In this document: piece by piece, positions 1 through 12,444 of the stretch
How positions within the stretch are numbered: the stretch's first letter is position 1
Layout: every line of letters starts with the position of its first letter
DNA from: Stegostoma tigrinum
Lineage: Eukaryota
DNA length: 64,000 bases
Direction: 5' to 3'
Assembly (NCBI RefSeq): GCF_030684315.1
Contig: NC_081396.1
Location: 1,178,001-1,242,000, forward strand
Made by a program: the position numbers and the translations under genes
The notes under the pieces: model-generated
Database searches by the model: none
Told to the model about the DNA's origin: nothing
The model's input: the letters and a program-made list of their open reading frames with translations, nothing else

Positions 1-545
1 ACTCTGGTGTGGTCACACGTGGAGTATTGTGTACAGTTCTGGTCGCCCCATTATAGGAAGGATGTGGAAGCATAAAAGGGTGCAGAGGAGATTTACCAGG
101 ATGTTGCCTGGCATGGAGGGAAGTCTTATGAGGAAAGGCTGAGGGACTTGAGGTTGTTTTCGTTAGAGAGAAGGAGGTTAAGAGGTGACCTAATAGAGAC
201 ATCAAGATGATCTGAGGATTAGATAGGGTGGACAGTGATCGCCTTTTTCCTCAGATGGAGATGGGTAGCACGAGGGGACATAGTTTTAAATTGAGGGGTG
301 ATAGATATAGGACAGTGGTCAGACGTAGGTTCTTTACTCAGAGAGTATTAAGGGCATTGAATGCCCTGCCTGAAACAGTAGCAGACTTGCCAAGTTTAAA
401 GGCATTTAAAAGGTCATTGGATGATCATATGGATAATAATGGAATAGTGTAGGTTAGATGGGCTTCAGTTTGGTTTCACAGGTTGGTGCAACATGGAGTT
501 CCGAAGACCCTGGACTGCGCTGAAGTGTTCTATGTTCCATGTTCT
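1..545 (+). mobile_element. CR1-type LINE, 3' fragment (ORF2 C-terminus and tail)
   Basis: Degenerate CR1 ORF2 end (EYCVQFWSP; TRGHSFKL...RRFFTQRV...NALP) ending in (ATGTTCT)-like tail repeats at ~525-545. Confidence 0.9.
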
Positions 546-964
546 GGGTGTTGATACAATGGACTCCATGGTTTCTCTCTGCTTTGTAACAAATCCGCTA
601 TTCAGTGCGTTTCTGAAGCATACCACAGGGATATAATGCGAGGGCAGCACCAACTCTAGGAACTCAGTGCAGACCTGAAACTCTCGAATCAATATTCAGA
701 TGTATTATTCTCTTTCAAATTGTAGTATGGTGGAATAAATTTTAAGAACAGTTCCTCACTCCCGCAGCAAGCAATAAGCATTGTTGCTTCGGGGGACTTC
801 TATTTTAATTCATTCATGTGATGTTGGCTCACAGTCTATGCCATCAATGATTGTTGTTTATTCCGACTTGCCCTGAAGCAGACGGTCGTGAGATACATTC
901 TTAAAATGCTGCAGTTCACAGGGAGTAGGATCACCCTCAGTATGTTTGGGGAGTCTGTTATAAA

Positions 965-1460
965 GTCATTGCGTCATACAGCAAATGGAAAGCAGGGACT
1001 TCTATACAAGTCCGTGCTGCAAATAACCCTAAACTGAGCTCGTCCCACCTCCCTGATTATGGCCTATTCCTCCAAAGATTCCCTGCTCACGTACTTATCT
1101 AAGTGTCTTTTCAATGTTTTAACTGTGCCCACATCCATCATTTCCTTAGGACATTCATTCTACACACAAACTGCCCTTTGTGTCTCAAGTTTGCCTCTCA
1201 TGTCTTCTTTTAAGTTGTTCTCCTCTTACCGTAAATAATATGCTGTCTTGAAATTCGCCATCCTGGAGAAAGTGTACCTACAATAATCCCATTTATTCGC
1301 CTCACAATTGTATAATCCTCTGTAAGTAAAGTCACTTCTCAATCGCCTATGCTTAATTGATTACGGGACATTACCTATGCAGTCTTTATTTATAATTCAA
1401 ACTTTCAATACTGCTAACGTCGTGGTAAATCTCTTCTGATTCCCCTCCCAGCATGATAAT
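965..1460 (-). mobile_element. Old CR1 LINE 3' fragment
   Basis: Reverse complement resembles the CR1 3' ends elsewhere in the window; heavily diverged. Confidence 0.6.
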
Positions 1461-2580
1461 ATGATTTTGACCCAGAGACTGTGCTTGAATAATATTCTCT
1501 TTTATTTAATTTTGTATGTGTTGTAGTGATCGCTGGCTGGGTCAGCTTTAATCGTCCACTCCCAAATTGGCAAAGGGTTATTAAGAGTCATTCACATTCC
1601 TTTTTGTCTGGAACCAGATCTACGACTGATCGGATAGAGTCAGCAGATTTCATTCCCTGGAAGACAACAATGATGTTGATGTGCTTTTATAACAATCCAT
1701 AAAGATTGTCATTAGCCTCTTAATGAATTAAAATTCCACCAACAGCTATACCCAAGATTCAAACCCCGTTATTCTGAACATAGGTCATGGATTCCATGTC
1801 ATCAGATTTGTCGTCTCATGATAATACCAATCGCCCATTGCCTATTCATTTCTGAGTCTGGAAAGTGATTTGTTTGGAGGAAGAGTTACAGTGAGTTTTG
1901 TTTCTAATGCGTCTGTTGCCCTTATCCTTCTAGATGGTGAAAGGCGCGTTTTGGGATGGATTACATAAGGAGGCTTGCATTCGATCGACAGGGAATCTTA
2001 CAGATGATACACATTGCAGCGACAGAGCGTCGTCCTTCGGGGAGGTAGAGTGCAGAGAGACTTCGTTGCAATGTTACCAGGAATGAAAGGCTATAGATAT
2101 GTGGCGAGATCGTATTGATTGGGTTCTTCCACATGGAGAATTGAGATTGACTGTGTCTTTTTCTAAATGTGCTGGGAGATATGGATGGGCAAATTGTCTC
2201 TGTGTTGCTATTTCGGTAAGACTATTTGAAACAAATCGTACAAGTTGGTTATGGATGAGAAACTTTAATGAGGGATTTGTGAAGGTAAGTGATATACGAT
2301 CAAATTATTGGTACAGGGGAAATGAAAAACATAGTGCATGCAGAACGTAATCAGGTAAAAGCATTTACAACAAAATGGAAGAGAAATGTGAAGGAATCCA
2401 ACTGTTAACTGAAATAGCAGGCAGAAACATGAATGGCCCATTGACTTTCTTTCCAATATACTGGTTAATCGAGCTGCTTTCGGATGTATTGGTGTTTTAA
2501 GAATAATAGAAAATACCATATTTTCTCTTGTGCGTTTTTTTTTACAGGTCTCAATCTAACCTGTCTCGCTGTGCTGCAGA

Positions 2581-2886
2581 ATTCCTGTAGTGTGGAAACC
2601 AGCCCTTCAGCCCAACAAGTCCACACCGACCCTTGCAGCGTCCCATGCAGACCCATCCCCCTATAACCCACACAACCCTGAACACTACGGGCAATTTAAC
2701 ACTGCCAATCCACCTAGCCTGCACATCTTTGGACTGTGGGAGGAAACCAGAGCACCCAGAGGAAACCACACCGGCATGGGGACAATGTGCAAACTCCACA
2801 CAGAGAGTCACCTGAGTTTGGAGTCAAAGCCGGATCCCTGGTGCTGTGAGACTGCTGTGCTAACCTCTGAGCCACCGTGCCACCCC
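2581..2886 (-). mobile_element. tRNA-derived SINE (HE1-like shark SINE)
   Basis: Head GGGGTGGCACGGTGGCTCAGAGGTTAGCAC (A box) and a degenerate B box; body GGAGTTTGCACATTGTCCCC; CR1-like 3' tail. Homologous to 7300-7630 and 36628-36940. Confidence 0.85.
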
Positions 2887-4149
2887 ATTTTATGGCACCA
2901 GAAAGGTTAACATGTTGCATTTAGATTCCTCATCAGGTTCATTTATTTATATCAGGAGTTGTCAGCAAGACGCCTGATGCTTGCAGTATCCAATAAGACA
3001 ATATCTCCAACTGGAACAAAAAGTACTCTGCTTCTAATCTTTATTTCATGTCTATCCAACAATTCATGATCCATGACAATGCAATATCCTGAATCCCGTG
3101 CACTTTAATTTTTACAAGAAGCTTCCTGTTATGGATATTTCTTTTTTTCAAATCCATTCTCTAAATCCAAATACACCAAATGCACTGGTTCTTGCTGATC
3201 TATTGTATCACTAACAGCCCGAAGAAAAGAATTCCTGTAGATTTGTCAATCATAGTTCACTTGCAATAATTACACGCTGGTTTTATTTAATCCCTTTAAT
3301 GCTTTACAAATGATCTACTATCCCGTTATACCAAGAGATACATGCAGCTTGCAAAAGAATCAAGCCATATGACATAAAATGGCCACTCTTGTGGAACGGA
3401 TGATGTACATGGAGTCCAAGTGACTTCTTCCTGTGCCATACAATTCGAGGCCAAGTCGATGTCCATTGTTCTGGAGATATAGCGGGACATAGGAATAGAA
3501 GTTCAATTGTCACTCTGTTATATTCAAGCGTTGCATCAGCATCTTCAGAAGTTACAAAAAACTGTTACAAATCTTGGAAAGAATGCAAATCTAATTGATG
3601 CAAACAGTTACAATGACGCCGCGATGAAAAAAAAGTGGCACAGTCAATCATCTACAGAGCAATTTATTTAGACATCTATTCATGACCGTGTGCGCATGCA
3701 TATCTGTAAGTATCACCACATGGTTGTATGAATATTTGTGCATTTGATGTTGTACACGTCTGTGTCTGTGTGCTTGTGAGTAGATCTGTAGCCCACTTAC
3801 GCTCTCCCACTTTAGCTCTCTCTACCTCTGTCTCTGAGTATGTATCTGGGTAGGCGTCAAAGTCTGAGTTTGTTTTTGTATGTATTTGTCTCTATCTGGA
3901 ATGGAAGATACTTAGTCTGGAAGATGAGTGAATTAAAACGGTACAAAGTCTCTGCCACTGTTACTCTTGTGCTAAACGTAATGCAATGGCAATGTCTGCT
4001 GCTTGTCACTCAGTACATTACAAGACTTTGAATAAAAAATATCACGGATTCATTCAAAAGGATTGCATCCCAAAGCAACAACGGCCAAACTGGCACCAAC
4101 ATCAAAACTCAAACAGCTTCAGTGTGCGTCTTCGCTGCTCTCAAACCGC

Positions 4150-6790
4150 ATTTCAAGCTGAAAAAAATTTCATCAATTATACGTAATACCTTAATATATA
4201 TTTGGGCCTTTGTTTCACTTTGTCTGCCAGCCGTTTATTTGCGTGCCTGAAAAACAGCAGGCGGATATTTGAAGTCAGTCATTCTAAAACAACGCCCTCA
4301 GTAAACTGTTGGGTGGATCTCTGGTGCGTCCACTTCACTGTTCTGGGTCACTGGTGAAGATTTAAAATTTAGGTAAGGTGAGCTGTCATGCAGTTCACAG
4401 TTAACAACTAATACAATGGCTCCTTTTCAAGAACCAACACTGTCTTTAATGTCCTACTTTATTACAATGATAACAGTCGTGTATTTTTTCAGCTTTTGTC
4501 TGGACCCACTCCCTCATGTCCCTCATAATTTCTAAGGTGTAGCAAACTCTATCTTCAGCGAAAGCCTTTTTTCCCTTTCCAACTGAGGATTTATCTTTTC
4601 TCTGATTTCTATCGCTTATATGTTGAAATTTCTGTTGTGAGAAGTCAGATGTCAACAGGTTATTGTCCAACGGGTTTTTTCAAAATCACAAGCTTTCTGA
4701 GTGTTGCAACGCTCAGAACCTTTGAGATTTCAAGCAAACATGTTGGTCTATAACCTTGTGTCGTCTGATGTCTGCCCTTGGCCACCCTAGTCCAACACCA
4801 GCACAAAATTGAGGTCGGAATTCGAAGTTTGATTCAGGAACTAACTTGTGTTCATCTACCATTTTTGCTACTAATCTTGCAGTTTTAACTCTCTGCTCTT
4901 CTGCTCACTCCTTGAGAAATTGAAGTTTTGTATTCCAAAATAACAATATTTCTGAGAGTGTCGTATGATTAAACTCTTTTCAATGCCCTTATCCACGTAT
5001 CAGAATAACTTTCTTCGTTCCTTTCAAAGAATATGTAAATTTGAACAGGTTCCCTCCTCAGATTCGAAACTTAGTTGTCTGAAGGCTTCTGGCACGAGTT
5101 CATTTGCACTTAAAATGTTTTTATTTTCACTTCATCATACTCGCCTGATATCTCCTGTCATAACGATGTAAAGACCTCACTGACGCTATTGCTTTATTCA
5201 ACAGTACACCCACGGTTATTGACTATTTCATTTGTCCAACCATTTTCATAGTTAATTGAAAAAAGGCTTCAACGTCCTGTTGTCGAACCGTGGCAATGTT
5301 TGGGCATATTTAAACAGATTCCTATCAGCCCTTGGCTACGATGGGTTTGCTGTTTATCACTGCCCTCATCATTTCTTGCATTATTTTTTCATTTTATCTC
5401 CGCCGTTTTAAGTCGATATTCACTTTACAGTGTCAGGTTTAGAAGTTCACGTTCTCTTTTCGCCACTTTCTCCTACTTTAAATGATAATTCACACTGTCG
5501 TCCTTCTGTTTCAAATTCAAGCTAGTTTAATTCATTTGCTCTTTGGTCCGCTGCAATTATTCTCTCTATTATGAATTTGTCCCACGTTTTCCTGGCATGG
5601 AAGGTTTGAGGCATAAAGAAATGTTTGATAGGCTGGGACGGTTTTCAGTGGAGATTAGGTGTTTGAGAAGGAAGGCTTGCAGCAATTTATAAAATTCTGC
5701 GGGGTATAGATAAGGTGAATGATCATTATCATTTCCCGACGATAGGAGGGAGGCTTTCAAGACGCGGGTCACTTTTTCAAGTTGAGAGGAGACAAATTTA
5801 ACAAAGACATGATGGGCAACTTCTTATGCAGAGGGTAACTTGCGTATTGAATGAATTTCCCAAGGAAGTGGTGGACATGGGTAGAATTACAATATCCTAA
5901 AGGTATTGAGAATCTCTAATTCCAGTTTGCATTTAAAATTAATGGACTCTAAGATAGTGAGTGCCCAGCGCTCATGTTCTCTTTTTGGGTATTTTGTTCC
6001 GTTGGTTTTCCTTGTGTGTGCCTTGTCTAACAATCGCTCTTCCAGAGGCTAAGAGTTTCCTGTGTGTGGATGCAGACACTTGGAGTCCTTCACAGAAGGC
6101 GAGGAGGGCTTTAAGTACATTTAAGTCGTCATTGGACAAGCATATGGACGTACATGGAATAGCATAGGTTAGATGGGCTTCAGATTGCTATGACAGGTGG
6201 GCACAATATCGAGGGCCGAAGGGCCTGTACTGTGCTGTAATGTTCCATGTTCTATTTATTTGTATTAGTACATGAGTAGAAAATATTTGGAGGGACATGG
6301 CCCAGGGTCAGGCAGGCAGGAATAGTTTAGTTGGGAGAATATTTAGCGTGGACTGGCTGGGCCAAGTGTCTGTTACCATGATGTATGACTCGATGACTAT
6401 GGCTCCATGAATCTGTTTGCATTGCCACTGCCTTTACATTGGTTCCTTTGCAATTAAAGTTTTTGCTGTTTCCAATGATTCTGATTACATTTCTGATAAC
6501 CATAGATGCTGAGCTATTACTGCAATTATCTCTCCTTTCCTCATGGACAAAGGTAATACTAACTTTAGATTACCTGCAAATCTATAAGGCCTGACTTCCT
6601 CACCTTCTGTGAACGACTCCAAGTGTCTGCATCTACATACAGGAAAATCTTAGCCTCTGGAAGAGCGATGGTTAGAGAAGGCACACAACGAAAACCAACG
6701 GAACAGAATACTCAAAAAGAGAACATGAGTGCTCAGCACTCACTATCTTAGAGTCCATTAATTCTAAATGCAAACTGGAATTAGAGATTT
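4150..6790 (-). mobile_element. Gypsy-type LTR retrotransposon gag remnant, interrupted by CR1 insertions
   Basis: Zinc-knuckle start CYHCNKVGH in ORF 4446-4670, decayed gag-like sequence toward ~5560, and an adjoining LTR-like segment. Confidence 0.6.
5570..6410 (+). mobile_element. Two nested CR1 3' fragments with an inverted local copy at the inner 5' junction
   Basis: Outer CR1 at 5570-5905 resumes at ~6256. Inner CR1 tail 6106-6255 ends TAATGTTCCATGTTCTAT. 5911-6105 is the reverse complement of 6597-6789. Confidence 0.75.
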
Positions 6791-6803
6791 TGGGGTCTCA
6801 ATT

Positions 6804-7767
6804 TGTTATGGAATTACGTCATCACTTTTATATTCAGATTAAATGTAAGATTGCGTGTGTTCCAAATGTGATTCAATTTATCCACCACTGTCTTTAGTCA
6901 AAAGACACTTTATTCTTACAACACAGTCGAAATGCAAAAAAGAAAAGAACATTTGGCATTATCTTAACTTGATTGAAGCAGCTGCCAAGGTAATATCTGT
7001 TTTATCTCCAAATCATTAACTGTTCCAATATGTGCAGCATACCAAAAAAAAACACACTTTGGCGAAAAAACAGTTCAGCAAACTATCTTTGAGTCTCACA
7101 TGTTGCCTCTCTCCAGTCCATAACACAGAAACAATCTGCTCCATTTGATTTTTCAGAACAGTCCTCGCTGTCTAAGACTCCAATCCGGAATACAAGTTTA
7201 GTTCTGATGTAAGTAGCCAGCACAAGTTCTGACTGAAATAAAAAGTAAAACCCGCCCTGGGTCTTTGTGAGCCCTGAACCTGCCCTCTCATAATTCTATG
7301 GGGTGGCACTGTGGCTCAGTGGCTAGCACTGCTGCTTTACATCACCAGGGACCTGGGTTCAATTCCAGCCCTCGGCAACTGTATGTGTGGAGTTTGCACA
7401 TTCTCCCCGTGCCTGTGTTGGTTTTCTCTGGATGTTCCAGTTTCCTCCCATAGTTCAAAGATGTGCAGGCTAGGTGGATTGACCAAGCTAAATTGCCAAT
7501 AGTGTTCAGGGAGGTGTAGATTAGATAGGTTATAGGGTGACGGGCCTGTGTCTGCATGGGTGCTCTGTGGATTGGCATGGACTTGTTGGGCTGTAGGTTC
7601 TGTTTCCACACAGTAGGGATGCTATTCTTTTGACACTCTAGTTTCTTTTTAAGCTCAGTTTACCAACTGCTTGTCTGAAGCAGGCATTTCGTCACCACTG
7701 TCACCATACTTGTCTGCAAGTGAAAGATCACAGAACACATCGCTCTTAAAAGCAGAGTACTGTCACA
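6804..7767 (-). repeat. Putative 5' LTR of the Gypsy remnant (contains a SINE)
   Basis: On - it begins TGTGACA (7767) and ends ATAACA (6804), giving TG...CA termini immediately upstream of the gag remnant. Confidence 0.45.
7300..7630 (+). mobile_element. tRNA-derived SINE (HE1-like)
   Basis: A box GTGGCTCAGTGG, B box GGTTCAATTCC, conserved body and CR1-like tail. Confidence 0.88.
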
Positions 7768-9289
7768 TTAGGGACAATCCCAACTTGCTGGTCCCCACAA
7801 CAGTGTAAATGTCACCTTTTTGTTTTGCCTTACTGTTTCTCTACATTGCTCTATTCATTCTCAGCTTTGCCTATCGCCATGTGTCCATGCCTCTGAGGGT
7901 CTGTTTTGCCCATGTCCTCTATATTCTTTGTCTTCTCTGCAGTCACCATCAAGTCTTTCTTTCAAAATGGAATGAGTTCATAAGAGACAGATAGCGCTAG
8001 TTCTGTTAACTCAGTATCTGCAGATAAGGAAATATTAGTACTTTAAAAAGGATACAACGATAGTGCATTTATAAATTCATGATAAAATGGCGTCCGTTAG
8101 CTCAGTTAACTTGCAATTCAGAGTGATGGAAACATGGGAATAATTCCAATACTGTCTGAGTTTGCAATGAACATCCTGCCTTCTGAACCTTTCATTCTTT
8201 GTAAGGCATGGTGATCTCACCACTTCCCAGCCCACCTCCAGTTTAAAGCAGCCCTATAGGACTACAGCAGTGTTACCTGTGTCGGAAGTAATGAAGGAAA
8301 TTTAGCATGGCTTCCTGAAGGGGAAATGTTACCTGGCAATTATAGTAGATTCACTTGAGGAGAGTTCAAGGGCCATGGATATAAGAAAACGTGAAAATGT
8401 AATATATTTGGATTTACAAGAACATAAAGTATCATAGCTTGTCCACTTGATATGACCCTAGCAAATGCATGAGATAGTACGTTAGTATATTAACATGGTG
8501 TATTGTTAGCTGAAAGTTTCCAATGGTTTATTTAATTCCACATCAAAATGATCGTAAGAAGTCACGTGCACTTTAATATAAAGCAAATTTATTTAGCCAA
8601 TCTACTCAGAGCATAATATAGAGATACATGCAAAATAGCAAGTGGATCTGTGATCTTAGATATATTTAAAAGCGTGTCTCACTGCCTTCTGCCCATTGGC
8701 CTGTTTGGAGAACTCGGGTTTCTGGCACTTCTCATGATGCCTGTCTAAAGTGAAATCCGATGAATGCAACTGAGTCTCTGATATTAACACTGTTCTGGCT
8801 ACATGCAGTACCACTACCTTATAGCACTCTCTAAACATTCCTTCATGCAGACAAGACGTTGAAAACGTCATCCAGGTGATTCCGTGGCAAGCATGTTAAA
8901 GAATATTTCAAGTTATCCAACAGCAAATAATCCTTCACTTACGTCCAGTTGCCTATTACATTGCTAAATTAACCCTGATCTATTAACCCTTGTGGTCTGG
9001 TTTGAAGACATAAGTTCCTTGGTATACCATTAGACATGGAGAGATGATTTCCAATCTAATCGAAAGCAGAAAGTTAGGTTAAGCACCGGGGGAGGAAGGG
9101 GGTGGGTTTTGGGCGTCTGTGGGTGGAGTGGGTGTGCACTATCTGGGCGACAAATTGTAATGAGGGTTATTTTTATTATATTATACTTTAGTGAGTTGGC
9201 TAAGGGAAATGAAAGCACCACCATGGTTGTGGATGGCACAAAAATGGGAGGAAAGTCAAGTGGCAATGGCGACACAATGTGCTTGCAGA

Positions 9290-10453
9290 ACAAAGAACTA
9301 AGAAGAATACATCACATGAATAGGCCCTTTGCCACTTCAATACCAGACAGTTAGAAAAAAGGCGGACATGGTATTGGGGTGAGTTGGCAAGATGGATACA
9401 GAACTGGTTTGCTGACACATTTTGTTCTTCCATTCTAAAACTGTCTTCACTTGCAGTATCCTTAACCTACTGTTCACTTCAAGATGCTGCTTGACCTGCT
9501 GTGTTCATTGTTATCTCGGATTCTCCAGCAATTCCACTTCCCATTGCTCCTTCCTATTCATGTGTTCATGCAGGTGGGCTTTCTAAATACAGCTTTTGTG
9601 CCCGTTTCCAAAAACTCCTCTGGCAGCGCTTTCCTGACACTGACCATCCTTTATGTATTAGATATACCTTGCACATCTCCTTCAGATTTTCCTTCGCTCT
9701 GCACATTGAGCCTGTGTCCCATGGTAATTGACCTCTCTGACTTAGGGAAAGCTTCATATATTCAACTCTATCCATTTTATTTACAATCTTAGAAACTTCT
9801 GTCAGGACGTCAGTCAACCTCTTGCGTTCCAAAGAAAACAGACCCAGTCTATCGAACGGCTAAAATCTGCCAATGGCCGGCAACATCCTAGCAATTTTTT
9901 TGTGTACCCTCTCCTAAGCAGCCACATCCTTTTAGTAGTGTGGTTGGCAGAGCTATATGCAATATTCTAAGTGTGGCCGAACTAAAGTTCTACAAGAGGG
10001 CAACATAACTTTACTATCCTTGTACACATCATCCCTTCCAATGAACGCAGGCATACCATAAGCCATTGTTACAATATCATCTACCTGTGCTGCAACCTTC
10101 CATGATCTGTGGACCTGCACACCAAGATCCCTCTACATATCAATAATCCTAAGCCTTTTGCTACTCACTGCATAATTTCCACCTGTATTTGACCTTCCAA
10201 TTCAAACTGAAATGCATCTGCTACTTTTCTGCCAATGCCTCTAATGAATCTCCTGATCTATCCTATGACAACCCTCCTCACGATCTGAAACTCCACTGAT
10301 ATTATCATCTGCGAACGTGCTAAAAATTAGACCAGCTACACTTTTCTCCAAACCATTTATGTTGACCATGAACGACAGCTGTTCCAGCACTGATCCCTGT
10401 GGGACATCATTAGTCACAATCCTCCACTTGGAAAAAGCGTCATTCCTCTGCCT
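9290..10453 (-). mobile_element. CR1 LINE ORF2 3' portion, with a small Penelope-end fragment at ~9480-9540
   Basis: Reverse strand carries decayed RT/C-terminal motifs (ERKRLTDVLTEVSKI) and a tail near 9290-9330. Confidence 0.75.
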
Positions 10454-10982
10454 AATACCAGACAGTTAGAAAAAAAAGGTGGAGTCACATGGTATTGGGG
10501 TGAGTTGGCAAGATGGATACGGAACTGTTTTAATCCTAGGTATCGGAGACAGAATGAAATGGAAAGTATGATCCAATGTGCTAACAGTTAGCTGATGGGA
10601 AATAACGTGGGGGAATGCGAGTTTCTGAATTTAGGCGAGAAGAATAGATGAGTTGCATATTAATTAAAAGTGTGAAGGCAACAAAAGGTTAAAGCACAAC
10701 AGTATTTGGCAGTTTAAAGTGCACTGAGCACAATGAACAAGCGTCTGAGATCAACGAGTAATAGTGAAAGCAAATGAAATGATTGCTGCTATTTCAAAGG
10801 GGGTAAAACATGTGCTTTACTTTCTCAGCTTCTCCGGGGAAAACAAACAGGTGACAGTTTGATTTTGAGTTAATTTGAATTATTCGCAGTTTGTTTTTGA
10901 CTGTCTGATATCACCTTGCTCTTTGTGATTTTATCTGCAGACAAATCTACACAAAGTTCAACACACAGGGGCTCCCTACCCC

Positions 10983-11021
10983 TCTTTTTGTATGACACTG
11001 AACATGCAGTCCATCACTGTG
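10983..11021 (-). promoter_or_regulatory. 23-bp-spacer recombination signal sequence of a V pseudogene
   Basis: On -: CACAGTG (11021-11015), 23-nt spacer, ACAAAAAGA (10991-10983). Confidence 0.85.
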
Positions 11022-11385
11022 GAAAGCCGTCATAAGTGGTGGTATCAGTGAGCTGTAACCCCAAGATGGTTAAACTGATGAAATTGAAAGGGTGATTCAG
11101 CACAGGAACAAATTTTAGCTGATTTTCCTTTACATTTGTAACTTCCGAAGTGTTTCCATTGGATAATTTCAGGCTTTGTATGTTGGCTATATTGGTATTA
11201 TATTGACTAAGCGACAGTACCTGCATGACTCAGCACTGAAAGTGAAAATGGATATACATTGTAAAAATATAATACGGGCGTCAATTTAAAACATGTTTTG
11301 ATAAATGAATGCTAAACATAATTTCTCCACCATTATCTGTTGGAATTTCTCCCTATACCACACAGTTGCTGAGCAGATGTATTGT
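11022..11385 (-). pseudogene. TRAV/TRDV pseudogene
   Basis: FR3 remnant FISLTILGLQLTDTTTY directly abuts the RSS; CRY remnant near 11220; second Cys lost. Leader remnant ~11340-11385 resembles the 34880 leader with ATG changed to ATA. Confidence 0.75.
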
Positions 11386-12315
11386 TACTGTCTTTTATGA
11401 AACAAGACGTTGGATATTTGAAGATACCTATTCTGAAACCACGCCCTCAAAACAAGCTTCCGTGTGTCTCAATGTTTCTACCTTTTTGACTTTTCGCAGC
11501 AGTGTTACAATGATGATGGGAAGAGGAGAACCGATTCTCAATTAATTAATCCTCGCCAAGCTGAGCCAAAATTCATTCCCTGGAAACATAGCCCTGGGAT
11601 TTCCGTAAGATTGGCTTGCATCAATGATGAACAAATAGTCTGATTCTAGGCAGCTGTACTCTTAGAACTGGCATTTTATTTTGCACCGCTCACCCAATTT
11701 ACTTCATTTCCTTATTAATCACTGAATATATGCACCCATATTCATCATGCACACCACCCCGAGAAGTTCATCCGACAGAAAATCCTGTGGCCCCAACAGT
11801 TGCCCTCTTTTCTCAAGTGACACTCTCAAATGCAACCTTCTGCATCACTGGACACAGTCGCAAATTTATCTGTTCGTATTTTTAATATCAGTCTTGCAAT
11901 ATTTCTCTTCATAGCGACAGTTACTTAAATACTCCTTGCTTAGTGGCAACATAATCATTCACCCTCTTTTTGTTTTTATCAGAAGTGTTCATTGAGTCCC
12001 ATGTTTCTTCATTTCCTTCTGCGGTTTCTTTCTGCTTCACTGAACGGAGGCCAGACAGAACAAAACCCACTCTCGATCTGAATCATGGCACAATGACTGT
12101 CTTAAGTGCCAGCACCCTCAGTGATGTGTTTATGAGTGTGTACGGGTGCTTATGCTTGTTAATGTGTGCTCGTGTATTTGGATGTAATTGTGTGGTGTTT
12201 TCCGTCTATTCATGTCTTTCCATCTCTGTGGGTGATCATCTGTGCGTTCTGGTGTAAAAGTGTTTTTGTCTGCGTGTCTACAATGTTCATTGTGTATATT
12301 TGTGATGCGGTTTCT

Positions 12316-12443
12316 NNNNNNNNNNNNNNNNNNNNNNNNNNNNNNNNNNNNNNNNNNNNNNNNNNNNNNNNNNNNNNNNNNNNNNNNNNNNNNNNNNNNN
12401 NNNNNNNNNNNNNNNNNNNNNNNNNNNNNNNNNNNNNNNNNNN
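12316..12443. other. Assembly gap (128 N) within TG-rich low-complexity sequence
   Basis: Run of N. Confidence 1.
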
Positions 12444-12444
12444 C

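Noticed and set aside
3300-3600. TSEDADATLE on - as V FR1
   Set aside because: No Cys, Trp or RSS support.
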